Of a stretch of 64,000 nt of DNA, positions 1-12,714 are shown one piece after another. A model generated the notes under the pieces. It saw nothing but the letters and a program-made list of their open reading frames with translations, did not search any database and was not told the DNA's origin. The translations under genes and the position numbers were made by a program. The stretch is from assembly GCA_951406725.2 (NCBI GenBank), contig OX597820.1, positions 121,086,001 to 121,150,000 on the forward strand, in the 5' to 3' direction. The stretch's first letter is position 1; every line of letters starts with the position of its first letter. Source of the stretch: Octopus vulgaris (Eukaryota).

Positions 1-312
1 GTGTATGCGTATAAATATATCGTACGTTATTAAATTATTTCAATCTTTATTCCGTGGCTCGGCTGAAGCATTGCCTTGAAGAATTATAGTCAAGCGAATC
101 GATTCTGGTACTTATTTTCATTCTATCTGTGTCTTTTGGTCCAACTGTTAAGTAACGCACACCAACACCGGTTTTCAGGCAGTAATGGGGGCAACTACAT
201 ATTCACAGGCACACACATGCTTGCATACACACACACACACCCCAACGCACACGTCCAATCACCCTCTAACACACACTCACGCACAAATATAATTATATAT
301 ATATATATATAA

Positions 313-940
313 ATTAATAATAAAATATTAGGGAATAAATCCAAACTTACAGGGAAAAATCAGATTTAGGATTGAATCCAATTTTATAGTAAAATATTAT
401 ATTATATCAAATTAGAGATAAAACCACTATTAGGCAAATCATACAATGAAAAACTTAAGCCAATACATAAGATTAATTAATTTATATTATTTTAAATATA
501 TATCAAAATTATTTAAAAAAGATAATGAGTATAACACTACGATCGTTTCATGGCTGTCCAATTCGTAAAAATTCAAGTTACAGTCAATCTTCAGGTGATT
601 GAAATATCTAAAATATAATCAGAAATATTTAAACAATATTTTAAAGATATAAATAATATATATAATATAATAATTTTACTTATAATAAACTCTATTATCA
701 AACTAGAGACATAGAACTTAACAATTATGATTATATCCAAATCGACTATGACGTTAAATATTAATTTTAATTTATAAGGTAGAAAACCCACACATAATCT
801 AATATCAATATTAGTCTATATCTAATTACATAAATATTTAAAATGACTAATATATATAAATTATCAATGAAAATATATAAATGTATATAAATATTATAAT
901 TAAAATCTAAAATAATCTCTATAAATAATTGTATGTGCAC
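313..940 (-). mobile_element. Non-coding Penelope-like terminal fragment carrying a hammerhead, inserted at (TA)n
   Basis: The terminus at 318-432 is the inverted repeat of 1159-1270 and is homologous to 31479-31570. Contains the HHR at 533-599. Confidence 0.6.
533..599 (-). ncRNA. Type I hammerhead ribozyme motif
   Basis: Minus strand: cac-CTGAAGA-t tgactgt...acagcca t-GAAA-C gatc G-TA-gtg. Stem I is cac/gtg, stem II has one internal mismatch, the stem III loop is palindromic, and the cleavage triplet is GUA. Confidence 0.7.
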
Positions 941-1074
941 ATATATATGACAGACTTCATACAGTTTCCATCTATCAAATCCACTCACAAGATTTTGTTT
1001 GGCCCAAGGCTATTTCAGAGAATTCTTGCCCAAATGCCACCCAGTAAGAGTGAATCCAGAGCTATGTGATTCGA

Positions 1075-1266
1075 TTCCAATAGAACCATACATTCGATTT
1101 TGCAAAACAAACAAGGAAAGACTTGACTATTTATTAAAATTTTATGTATTGATTAACCAAAATAGTGGTTTTGTCTCTAATAATATTTTATAATATTTTA
1201 CTATAAAATTGGATTTAATCCTAAATCTGATTTTTCCCTGTAAATTTGGATTTATTCCCTAATATT

Positions 1267-1270
<4 letters not shown>
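1075..1270 (+). mobile_element. Inverted copy of the 313-432 terminus, ending at (TA)n
   Basis: The reverse complement of 1159-1270 matches 318-432. A (TA)n run follows at 1271-1306. Confidence 0.75.
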
Positions 1271-1310
<40 letters not shown>

Positions 1311-1366
1311 ATGAATTCTCCCATCGAAGACGACGTTTGAGCGTTCAGCTTTTACTTATCTGGCGC

Positions 1367-1427
1367 GATAACTGAAGAGATGGCTGCGTGGATTTCCACT
1401 TCGGCATCCAAATCTCGGAGTTTTATC
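1367..1427 (+). ncRNA. Decayed hammerhead motif (GAAA mutated to CAAA)
   Basis: gataa-CTGAAGA-gatggctg...cggcatc-CAAA-tctcggag-TT-ttatc. Stem I gataa/ttatc and stem II are intact. The element ends at 1506-1577 in a terminus shared with 31330-31402. Confidence 0.5.
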
Positions 1428-1944
1428 ACGGCTACCGAATAATTGTCACATGTTACATTTACACACACACACACATATATACATACATACATACATACAT
1501 ACATGCATATTGCTCTATCCCTGGTATTTGAGTACTCTTTTTACCACCTTGTTTCATATTTATGTGTTTACTCCGGTGTACATATATATATATATATATA
1601 TATACCACTCATTCACAGATATATGTATGTATGTATATGGCTGAAGTGAAATGATTTAGAGAAGAATAGATAGCTGACAAAAAGCAACCCGTGTGTGTAT
1701 GAGAGGGTGAGTGAGAGAGGGAGAGGTGATAAGAGGTGGCAGGAGCGATCGATAAAGAAGGAAAGAAAATCAGTAGGATATATAAACGTGTTTATAGGGG
1801 CTACTATATACAGGGGGTTAGTTTGAAAAAAGTTCGCATAAAGAGATTCTACACACCCATGCACATACACATACAGAAGCGCACGACCACACAAACACAT
1901 ATACGCACACATACACACATGCACGCGTGCATATTCATCCATTA

Positions 1945-3075
1945 ATCTTACCCGCCTACTAACCCTGGCATGGTTGTGAAATCAGAGCTCTCAATCACTT
2001 CCTCAGAAGCAACCATCATTACACTTTTGGGCTGGATTCCCAGGCTTGACCAACTGAAACTATGGACAGTATCCAACCATCTCGTTCTTGGTCAACCACT
2101 CGATCTCCTACCGTTTAGCTCAGCTTCAAGAATCTGTTTGGTGAATGTTTTCTGTGACATTCTAATTACATATCTTTAGTACCGGAGCTGAGACCACTGA
2201 TTGCAGAGAATCAGCGGCTCTATCTAAACATACTCATTGATCTCCGAACTATGCACCTACTGAGTAACTTGAGGTCCTTCAGAGGAATCTCGTTTCGATC
2301 GCTTGTATTCGTGATTGTACTCTTTCGGACATTACCTAATGTTCATGTCCGTAGATGAAGGCAAACACAGAAACCGAATTAACTATAGCAAGTTTGGCTA
2401 TTTAACCAACCTTTCCGCTACTGAAAATCGAATGCTGGATCTGGCGTTTTACATGCGAGCACCTGCAATTATAGCACTCAATTCAGCCTCCTGATTTTCA
2501 TCATTCAGAAGGACGGCCTTGAAATAAACTTCTCCACCTGTTTTAGTGACGTTCCACTAACATATAGAGCATACTGTGAAGACATTCCTGATAGGACAAA
2601 GACCTCAGTTTTCAAAACATTAAAGTCATTTGGGGTCTACTAGAAGTGTTGGGAGAAATAAATATCTGAGATGCTTTCCTCTGCGCAGAAGCTGCAGGGG
2701 CTACTCAGAGGCTTAGCAAGTTCTTCTATATCTATTGCGAGGCTAGAAACCTTTCTGTATTGCCACCAGGTAACTCAGGGTCACAACAATTTCGCCCCTT
2801 AGCCTGTACGGCTTCAAATGAGCGGGGCAGTGAGGAGTGAGTTAACGTTCACCTACGGAAGTGCTCCAGCTATTGTCTCTTGTCAATTATAGCCATCTCG
2901 AGTTAGTTTCAGTTGCTATATCTATTTCCTAGCAGGCTTGTTTCAGTTGTGAGTATTCCAGACTTATCTCCTGCTGGAATTATCGCAGTGATCTTGACAG
3001 GAAGACAGGGCAGCAGACATCAATGGCCAATGGGGCCGCAAGCCAGACCTTGACAAGGGGGCTTGTCGACAAAGC
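1945..3075 (-). pseudogene. Decayed RTE-clade LINE fragments
   Basis: Minus-strand translation gives VMSERVQSRIQAIETRFL and YVIRMSQKTFTKQILEAELNGRRSSG*PRTRWLDTV, matching the RTE C-terminal GxRxRGRPRxRWxD motif. Many stops. Confidence 0.75.
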
Positions 3076-3712
3076 CTGATATTTCGATGCGTATCTATCA
3101 TATACCTTTTCAACATTTATTTTTCCGTTTCGGTTATAAAAAGATTGTGTAGAAGAAACTCTACCAATATATTTGAGTCTCTGCAGAGATATCGACTTTA
3201 GTCTTGATTATTTATTTATTTACTTTAAAAGCATTTACACAACATAAGAAAATAGTAGGGAAGAGAGAGAGAGAGGGAGAGAGAGAGAGATAAAAACAAC
3301 ATAGGACGGGAGATTTGCCAATTCGGGTAGGCATTTTTCTTCATAGGTTGTAGTTCATCAGTTGTTTAGAATGAGAAATGAATTTCATTTCTAAAATTTA
3401 CTTATATCCCCACTTCATTTCCTTCCCATAAGAATATCTCTTGTAGCAACATCAGTTCCACCAATGGCTACTGTTATCTGGTAGGCCATCTTCTCTTCTG
3501 TGCTGCTATAAAGTTTAGTCCTGGCGGTTTGCAGTGGAGTATTGAACCTTTTTTTATTTTTTTGTGCAAATACGTACAAGTTGATTATTTCTATTTTTTC
3601 TCGCCTGCAAGCAACGTCATATATTAGCAGAAAACCAGTTTGAACGGTTAAAATTGTAAGTTCATGTCTCAGTTGATGTTTTTGAGATATATATCTGTGT
3701 GTGTGTGTGTGT

Positions 3713-4097
3713 GGAGGCGCAATGGCCCAGTGGTTAGGGCAGCGGACTCGCGGTCATAGGATCGCGGTTTCGATTCCTTGACCGGGCGTTGTGTGTGTTT
3801 ATTGAGCGAAAACACCTAAAGCTCCACGAGGCTCCGGCAGGGGATAGTGGTGATCCCTGCTATACTCTTTCACCACAACTTTCTCTCACTCTTTCTTCCT
3901 GTTTCTGTTGTACCTGTATTTCAAAAGGCCGGCCTTGTCACTCTCTGTGTCACGCTGAATATCCCCGAGAACTACGTTAAGGGTACACGTGTCTGTGGAG
4001 TGCTCAGCCACTTACACGTTAATTTCACGAGCAGGCTGTTCCGTTGATTCGGATCAACCGGAACCCTCGTCGTCGTAACCGACGGAGTGCTTCCATC
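3713..4097 (+). mobile_element. tRNA-derived SINE family B (tail type 1)
   Basis: A box TGGCCCAGTGG and B-box-like GTTTCGATTCC. Near-identical to 39782-40099. Flanked by duplicated atctgtgtgtgtgtgtgt. Confidence 0.9.
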
Positions 4098-4207
4098 ATC
4101 TGTGTGTGTGTGTGTTTTGCAAACAGCTTGCACATGCAAGTGCCATCAGTCGAGAACTCCGCATACCGGAAGCCAGCAAGTGTATGGGATCATCTATAGA
4201 TAGATAT

Positions 4208-4622
4208 ATTTCTTTACTACCCACAAGGGGCTAAACACAGCGGGGACAAACAAGGAGAGACAAACGGATTAAGTTGATTACATCAACCCCAGTGTGTAAC
4301 TGGTACTTAATTTATCGACCCCGAAAGGATGAAAGGCAAAGTCGACCTCGGCGGAATTTTAACCCCGAACGTAACGACAGACCAAATACCTATTTCTTTA
4401 CTACCCACAAGGGGCTAAACATAGAGGGGACAAATTAAGGACAGACAAACGGATTATGTCGATTACATCAACCCCAGTGTGTAACTGGTACGTAAATTAT
4501 CGACCCCGAAAGGATGAAAGGCAAAGTCGACTTCGGCGGAATTTGAACCCAGAACGTAACGGCAGACGTAATACGGCTATGCATTTCGCCCGGCGTGCTA
4601 ACGATTCTGCCAGCTCACCGCC
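4208..4622 (-). mobile_element. tRNA-derived SINE family C, dimeric form
   Basis: Head ggcggtgagctggcagaatcgttagcacg and core gtcgactttgcctttcatcctttcggggtcga (Meta/MESC-domain-like, from memory). The second unit lacks the head. Confidence 0.9.
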
Positions 4623-5202
4623 AGATAATAAAGTGTGGTATTGCCAATAAGAAAGGAAGAGAGATCAACGCAGAAAGGGAGGTAAGCGTGTAAGAGAGAC
4701 GTCAAGAGAGATAGGGAGATCATCAGATACAGGAGAAATATATAACCTTAGAGAGAAAGAAAGAGAGAGAGAAAGAGAGAGAGAAATATTGACATTTTGT
4801 AAGAGGCAGAGCGAAACAATAGCTGGGTTAAGAGAGAGCGTAGAATAAAAGATCAGAAAAGGGAGACAACGACAGAGAAGGTAGACGGGTGAGCGTGTTA
4901 GAAAGAGATAAAGAGAAATTGATGTGTTGTTACGCATCTGGGCTCTCCGTAACGAACCAACTTACACAAGGAGGGAACTTAAGCACAACAACAACAACCG
5001 GCTTACTTAGCAACGACATAAACTTTTGATTGGTTAAAAACAAATACAAGGATTTTTTAAAAAAGCAGGCAATTGCAGAGAGTGTGGAGTCATATTTATT
5101 TATTTTTATTTGTAATGGATATAAAAAGATAAATATATTCCTATCCTGTTCCCAGCATCCCTAAGACTTGGAATATCGAAAGATTTATTTTATTATTTAG
5201 TA

Positions 5203-5615
5203 GGCGCAGGAGTGGCTGTGTGGTAAGTAGCTTGTTTACCAACCACATGGTTCCGGGTTCAGTCGCACTGCGTGGCACCTTGGGCAAGTGCCTTCTACTA
5301 TAGCCTCGGGCCGACCAAAGCCTTGTGAGTGGATTTGGTAGACGGAAACTGAAAGAAGCCCGTCGTATATATGTATATATATAGATGTATGTGCGTGTAT
5401 GTTTGTGTGTCTGTGTTTGTCCCCCTAGCATTGCTTGACAACCGATGCTGGTGTGCTTATGTCCCCGTCACTTAGCGGTTCGGCAAAAGAGACCGATAGA
5501 ATAAGTACTGTGCTTACAAAGAATAAGTCCCGGGGTCGAGTTGCTCGATGAAAGGCGGTGCACCAGCATGGCCGCAGTCAAAATGACTGAAACAAGTAAA
5601 AAGAGAAAGAGAGAG
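5203..5615 (+). mobile_element. tRNA-derived SINE family A (CORE-like)
   Basis: tggctgtgtggtaag A box, gggttcagtc B box, ccttgggcaagtg CORE-like segment, internal (TA)/(TG) tract and aagtaaaagag-like tail. Many copies in the window. Confidence 0.9.
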
Positions 5616-5933
5616 ATGCGTCCATCCATAAAGGGTTAAAGCAGGCATATTTAAGGGATTTTCAGCAGTTGTAGGGGTCTAGAAATATCCCTCTTCTTTG
5701 TTTCTGCAAATAAGTGCCTCCAACATGTCACAGTGCCCACGTGACTTCTTCTCAAGATCTCTTCCTCTCTGCCTCCTCCTCTCTCTCTCTCACTCTTTCG
5801 ATAAGTTTATTAATATCAGTTTTAGTTTTATGCATGGCAATTCGATCAACAGTCTGTTCAGCATTCGCTTAAATGCACTTTCACATAGAATATGTGCGGC
5901 GTTGGGGTGCGTGTCTGTGTGTAAATAAGTATG

Positions 5934-6273
<340 letters not shown>

Positions 6274-7366
6274 TTGTAGATATATAAAAATACATACATA
6301 TGTAGGCAGAGAGGAGAAAAATAATGCGAGAGAAAGATAGACAGACAGAGGGAAATATAGAGGTAATTAGAGAGAGAGAGAGAGAGAGGTACATAGATAG
6401 AAAGGCAAATAGACATACAGACACAGTTAGGTGTTGAGAGGCGGCTTTCGAATTGCCATCCCTGTCGTGCATATCAGAATGCAGGCAGCTATCACTAAAG
6501 GGCAAACAAGTTTTTATCTGCACTTATTTCTCTCAGCTTCCATATGTAATGAGCTCGGAGAGTGCATTCATTTATGCACAAACACTGTACACACATGATG
6601 TATATACATAGATGTAGAAATATAGGAATGTGTGTGTATATATATATATGTGTTCATGGGTGTACGCTCAGAGCAGCGATCATACTTTTATGTAATGGAT
6701 TCCTTTATTTTTATGATTTTTATAATTTCTGCACACACTGACACACACACACACACGCGTTTGGTTGGGGGTGTTCTTTTACATATTCTTCCTATTGTTT
6801 TAGTTTATACTTTGAGTTAGATCTCTGTATTATACGTGTGTGCACCGACACGCAAATCTATCTATCTATCAATATGCATACATACACATATGTACATATA
6901 TATACATACACACATATTTATATAGTGAGAGACATACATACATGCACACACACATACATGCATGCACACAGCTCTGTGGCGATATTTCTGCACCAAGAAC
7001 GCTTCAAAGGTGAATAAGATGCAAGAACAGGTCTGTAATTAGATGCAGTTCAATACTTCTGCTTCTTCGGAAATCACTTCTGCTTGGATTCTACTTCGTT
7101 CGCTCCAGTTAATTCTGATCCTCCATAACAAATCTACAGTCGGTTCCTCACCCACATAAAATCTGGCACTTCCCACGAACAACAAAATGTCTTCAATCCG
7201 TGCATGATAATATTGAAAGGGGCTGAAAACGATTTTTTTTGTTGTTTTTTTTTTTATTAGGATGAATATTTCGCCCTTTATTTTTTTCTAAATGAAATCT
7301 CAAATAGAGACGAAGTTGCCTTTCAGCCTGTGGATCGGTTAAATTAAGTACAAATCAATTAGTAGC

Positions 7367-8297
7367 GTGAAATTATTCAACACCAGCAAGCCACCAAAAG
7401 TCTTGATCCTATCGCAGTATTATAAATCGTCAAAAGTCCCAGTTATATTTCTGCTCTCACAGTACCACAAAGCGATGTTGAATATAAGTAAATTAATTTG
7501 GGATCTAAAAGACCACAATAAACAGTTTAATTTAGAATGGTTGATTCTCTCAATCTCGATACCTTATGACAAAGGCAAGGAATTCTGTCTTCTCTGTAAT
7601 TTTGAAGTATTTTTCATTATTTTTTTCTAAAAGTCCCCTAGTAAACACGGTTATAGAGCGAGCATACAGATGTAAACATTGGCAAAAACACACCTTTAGT
7701 TTATATAAGTAATATCTATCATTATATATAATTTAAACATTAATTTTCTTTTTATATTTAACATACACTAAAAAAATTTTTTTTTTCCTAGTTTATAAGG
7801 TTTTATTTAATATACATATAGTCATATACTTCTCATTTATTTAACTTTTCCTTAATTTATCCCTCCTTTTTCTATAGGCTACCTCTGACATTATATCATA
7901 TAACGTTTTTTCAAACTGTATTAATAGCGTTCAGTAAATCACTATACACATCCATCATTTTCTGTTAAAATGTCTTATTGACGAGTTTCATTTCTTCACT
8001 TCCCTGAAGAGAAGATTACATTGTTTTACACCATTTTATTCCTTTGGAATAATATCAGTGATATCTTCGAAACGTGAGTAGGAAGTAAAAGAATTTGATT
8101 AACACCTCGTTAAACTCCATTTATATATTATACAAAAAATTTCACGTAAATCCGAAGTTTCTACCTTTAGAAGCAAGGTGTTACAACCTCTTGTGTGATT
8201 TTTTGCTACCCTGGTAACACTTTATCTATTTTTTCCGTGTTAATTGTTAACAAGGAAAAATACACACCGGATTCATTCTTGTTGCTTATTTTTTATT
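7367..8297 (+). mobile_element. Penelope-like element 3' remnant: GIY-YIG endonuclease C-terminus plus HHR-bearing 3' region
   Basis: SKLIWDLKDHNKQFNLEWLIL...PYDKGKEFCLLCNFE, then in a shifted frame SPLVNTVIERAYRCKHWQK. This matches the PLE pattern LSxxIWxLK..W.I...PY....CxLC..E..LN...E..C.H..K. HHR downstream. Confidence 0.75.
7998..8086 (+). ncRNA. Type I hammerhead ribozyme motif
   Basis: acttcc-CTGAAGA(8004-8010)-gaagat...atcttc-GAAA(8069-8072)-C gtga G-TA-ggaagt. Stems I and II are perfect 6-bp helices. Predicted cut after 8080. Confidence 0.88.
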
Positions 8298-8480
8298 ATA
8301 ATCACCCCGCATATTTTTATGGGTAACACCATAAAAAATTCTGGTGCATCTAAATTAAGTACCATTTTCATTTGAATCTAAATTGCTACTGAAAAAAAAT
8401 ATATATATACAGAGAGAGAGAGAGAGAGAAGCAACTTGTCTTATATCTCACAGCGAGAGATATACATTAACAGTACGGAA

Positions 8481-8980
8481 TAGTAAAACTTATTTGCCAA
8501 CAGAATGTGTTGCTCCTCTGAAGGACGATGTTACTTGTGTTTAAGCCCCAGGAAAACATCTTTTCCAGCTAGCTATCGACACACAGTCAGTGTAGTGTTT
8601 CAATGGGAGGCCATCGCTCCTATCTGCAGCCTTACGTGATACTCACGGACCGTGGTTTCTTGGTGTATACTTGTCTTCAGTGTAATACAATCACTGGCTG
8701 TTGATGAGAGCTTTCGCCACTGGTAAACACTATATATACGCTGATCTCGTACAGAGTAAAAAAAAACTTGCTTTAAAAATCTCAGCGAGAGATTTACAGT
8801 AACAGTACGAAATAGTAAAGGCTAGAGATGGGAGCGGTGACCTCCCTTGCAAACGCTATTCGGAGACAGACTGTGTGTCGATAGCCAGCTGGAAAAGATG
8901 TTTTTCTGGGGCTTAAACAATAACAACAATATTGTCCTTTATAGAACCGCCACATTCTGTTTGAAAATAAACTTTACTAT
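8481..8980. mobile_element. Foldback element with ~110-bp imperfect inverted arms
   Basis: 8481-8590 is the reverse complement of 8869-8980. 8432-8489 is directly repeated at 8766-8820. Confidence 0.7.
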
Positions 8981-11277
8981 GTGCGTGTGTGTGTGTGTGT
9001 GTGTGCATGTGTGTGTGCATGTGTGTGTGTATAAGGAATATTTACCCCCGAGGATGGAGGATATCAGGCTTTAATAGTAGGTCCCAACAAATGTTTGTGC
9101 ACACCAGTTTCACGTATATACTAATTATAAAGAATAATCTTGTATAATGGAATATGATTAGAAACTCAGCAACTGAAAGGCGTAGTTCGGTGCTTCATAT
9201 AAAGCCTAATATACTCCTTATGTTATAATACATCCTTATGTTATAATATTACTAATCTTATGCAAAGTGGAGTCCCACAAATGTAACAAGTTCTGGAATA
9301 TACCCTAATGTAGGATAACATGCGATAGCCAAATAATTCCCTACTTTATTTTGTATCTTTTTTGTTATTAAGATGTTCTTGCTTAATAGCTTACGTCATT
9401 TTTTGGTCAATTTCGTTTAAATTTCAATTTCTAATAACTAATTTATGTTTTTCTTCCTCCATCTTCATCACAAATGTCTGTTGACCCAGTCTCTGTTTTA
9501 TATTTGCTCGCTTTCTTGAAAACTGAAAATAATTTTTCTTTCATATTTTTCATGTATTCCTGCTTTTGTCTAACTTTCACTATATTATTTATCAAATATC
9601 ACACGTTAGTTGTTTCATACTAATTTACTAATTGTACAAGGCATTTATCTATCGTAAACATAATAATTATAGGTCGGGTATTAACGAGTGTATTGTACAT
9701 TTATTCATTATTGATCGTCTTTGCCTCTATAATCTTAGCGTCAAATTGACAATTTATCTATAGCCACGAATTCTTTGTGATTTAGCGAGGATCTCTAGTT
9801 TCAGGCGTTCTTTGATTTCGTGAATATATTCTTTTATTTGTTGTGTTCTATTTGTCGCTCCAATTTGTTTCACTTGTGTGTTTTCGTTATCGATTTCATT
9901 AAGACTTGAAAGATTTTTCCCTCGTCTTCCACTACACTTTTTTCTGTAATATTTGTTTTCCATATCGTTTGTTTGGCTTTTGATCTGCCAAAATAAGTAG
10001 AGCAGAGGTATTCTCCATTTTCTTTTACGAACCAGATGGCTGCAACTTACCTTTTACTGTTTATGATAATGATGTTCCGTTTTTTTTTTTATTGTGTTAT
10101 CCACTTTTCTGTATATTTTGCTTTCTTTTTTGCTTGATATTTGATGTTTCAGTTTTATCAAGGCATTGATTTTAATTTTTTTAATTGTTTTCATACTTGA
10201 GATATCCATCTTTCGATTTTCTTCCTAAATTTCCTCCACATTCTCAGAAATATTCATCATATTGTTTCACTTTTGTATTCTGTTCCTCAAAGTTGAGGCG
10301 TTTAATGACTCGGATTTCTTGCTGTCTTCTTATTCACATTGTTTTGTCCGTTGCTACTTTTCATCTTCGTGGTTTTCTGGTTTATGCTACTTTCATTAAT
10401 TCTGTTTTAGTCCTCTTTCTGTTTGGCGATGAATAGTTTCATTTAAGTAGAATATCTCAATTCTTGATATTTTTGCTTTCGTAATGTATGTTCTAAATTT
10501 ATTTAATCTGATGGCGTTCGAGTTACATTTAGTTCAGAATTACATCGCTCAATTTTTATTGGAGAATCTTAGACTAGTTTATTTATTCATTTTTAGATTG
10601 AGTGTGGCTGTGAAATGCACTCAAAACACCAACATTTTGCTCTTCCGAAGATTTACATATTTTCCCTTTTATCTGCCTGCTTTGAGATGTAGTTTGGGGG
10701 CTCTGTCTAAATTGTCATACGTTTTGGTGTCTGCCTTTATAATTATTGGTGGCAATACCAAGGTTTTTTCTCGCTCAGGTTTTCCTATTTTACAATAAAT
10801 TCAAAGTGCGCATTTTTTTTTGATACATAGACCAAGTAAACAATGGCAGATAAACACGGTTGGAATAAAGCATGTATTCGCATGGAAGGCTTCGAACTCA
10901 GATAAACAAAAGGAATGAAATAATCAAATCTTTACAGCTGTTTCGGATGAGCAATGTCTGATGGCATAACAATGCATATTATGTAATAAAAACCTATATT
11001 ATCATGGGTGTATGTAATAGCATTGAATTTTAGAAATCCCTGAACCTAAGTCATGTTATTGTTCCAGAATCCTCTGACTTCGCTACATAGATCTCTAAAA
11101 ATTCGTGCTATCCTAGACACATGCAATATAATGGGTCTTTATTTCATACTATACATGTTTATACCACCAGTCATTGTGCATCAGAAAGCGATGTATGGGT
11201 AAAACTATTAAAATGCTCCTTTTGTGTGCCCATTTTTAATGCCTGTGTGTGTATTTCACCTGGAATCCTCGAATGAC

Positions 11278-11344
<67 letters not shown>

Positions 11345-11384
11345 ATTCCAGGTGAAATTTGTTGCATTAGATGTGATGTAATCT

Positions 11385-11590
11385 TTGCAGTGTGGTGTCG
11401 CGCATTGTCCTTATGAAACATCACTCCTTTTCGAGATTCACTAAAGCAGGTCTTTTTTCTTAAAAGCTTGGTTCAAACGCTCTCATTGCTGACAGTAGAG
11501 CATTGATTGTTGCATTAGATGGTAATAATTCAAAGGGAATTACTCCCTTGCAATCTCACCAGATAGAGAGAAGAACTTTTTTGACATGAA
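11385..11590 (-). pseudogene. Mariner transposase fragment
   Basis: LLSIW*DCKGVIPFELLP...KRPALVN..GVMFHKDNARHHTAKIT, matching the mariner WD..GV...ELL and HDNARPH motifs. Confidence 0.8.
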
Positions 11591-11625
11591 GTCAGGACAA
11601 TGCGCGACCCCACACTGCAAAGATC

Positions 11626-11894
11626 ACATCACATCTAATGCAACAAGATTCACCTGTGCCTCGGAAAATCTAATCTATGCCATTATATGCTTAGGGTGTG
11701 GTAATAATTATATTGGCCAAACGGGAATATCACTCCGTCGAAGTACCACTCTCTCGGAAAATATAATCTATGCCATTACATGCTTTGGGTGTGGTAATAA
11801 TTATATTGGCCAAACAGGAATATCACTCCGTCGAAGTACCACTCTCACGGAAAATATAATCTATGCCATTACATGCTTAGGGTGTGATAAATAA
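11626..11894 (+). pseudogene. Penelope-like GIY-YIG N-terminal motif, tandemly repeated 2.5 times (93-bp unit)
   Basis: FTCASENLIYAIICLGCGNNYIGQTGISLRR. Units at 11661-11753, 11754-11846 and a partial one at 11847-11893. Confidence 0.8.
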
Positions 11895-12272
11895 AGGTAA
11901 AATCGGACAGAACTTATGGGATGACCTGATCGTCATATACCTGTCTCTCCTCCTTGAAGAAGAAAGCTGGATTTACCTAACATTCATATGTTTAGATTAC
12001 TGGCTGCATACCCTTAACTTCTTGCGAACTACATCTCCCAAAGCAGCTGCCTGACCTGTAATACGTTCCCCCACTCGATCATTTCTTGTGTTTCTCTCCA
12101 GTGTAAGCCTGCTGCCTTATTATATAAATATCTATACATTTATGCAGGAATGTTCATCGTGTAAATATTTTCACTCTGTTTTCTCTCTATTTACATAAAC
12201 CAAATGGTTTTATTCGTTTATTTCCATCGTTATCTCTCTCTTTATGTATATATTATGTATGTAGATATAAAC

Positions 12273-12313
<41 letters not shown>

Positions 12314-12328
12314 TGTATATAATATATA

Positions 12329-12690
12329 GGCGTAGACTTGGCTATGTGATAAGAAGCTTGCTTCCCAACCACATGGTTCCGGGTTCAGTCCTGCTGCGTG
12401 ATAACTTTAGGAAGTGTCTTCTACTATAACCTCAAGCCGACCAAAGCCTCAAGGGTTGATTTAGTAGACGGAAACTGAAAGAATTCCTTCGGATGTATGC
12501 ATGTATGTATATATATGCATATAATTGTGTGTTTGTGTGTGTGGTTGTGTGTGCGTGTGTTAGTCTTTTCCCTCATGTTATCGCTTGACGACCAACGCTC
12601 ATGTGTTTGTCCCCGTATGCTGATAGAGTAAGATTGAATAAGTACTAGGCTTAGAAAAAATAAGTCCTGAGATCGAATCCTTGGATTAAA
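12329..12690 (+). mobile_element. SINE family A, diverged
   Basis: Colinear similarity to 5203-5615. Confidence 0.85.
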
Positions 12691-12714
12691 AAAATATCTA
12701 TATATAAAGGGAAA

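Larger units (their letters stand above)
40..1070 (-). mobile_element. Old SINE family A copy split by an insertion in its internal (TA)n/(CA)n tract
   Basis: 40-290 resembles the reverse complement of the SINE-A 3' half and 945-1070 its 5' half (compare the young copy at 46065-46480). 313-940 is a foreign AT-rich insert. Confidence 0.7.

Noticed and set aside
3713-3787. tRNA genes at SINE heads (also 34199, 39782, 60946)
   Set aside because: They continue into repeated SINE bodies and lack proper acceptor stems, so they are tRNA-derived rather than tRNAs.
6970-7220. Possible RT fragment (PKK...SNYRPV on the minus strand)
   Set aside because: A single short motif is insufficient support.
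9400-10800. A-rich minus-strand region resembling a LINE ORF1 (RPIII motif)
   Set aside because: Too many stops and only one short motif, so it cannot be assigned.
10925-10945. Half hammerhead GAAACAGCTGTA (minus); similar partial or decayed motifs near 11975-12055, 13555-13585, 14755-14825, 14905-15020, 32695-32800 and 59235-59280
   Set aside because: The CUGAnGA core or the stems are missing or too decayed to call individually. Consistent with dead copies only.
11661-11893. CRISPR-like array
   Set aside because: Contiguous 93-bp tandem units with no unique spacers, in a eukaryotic context.
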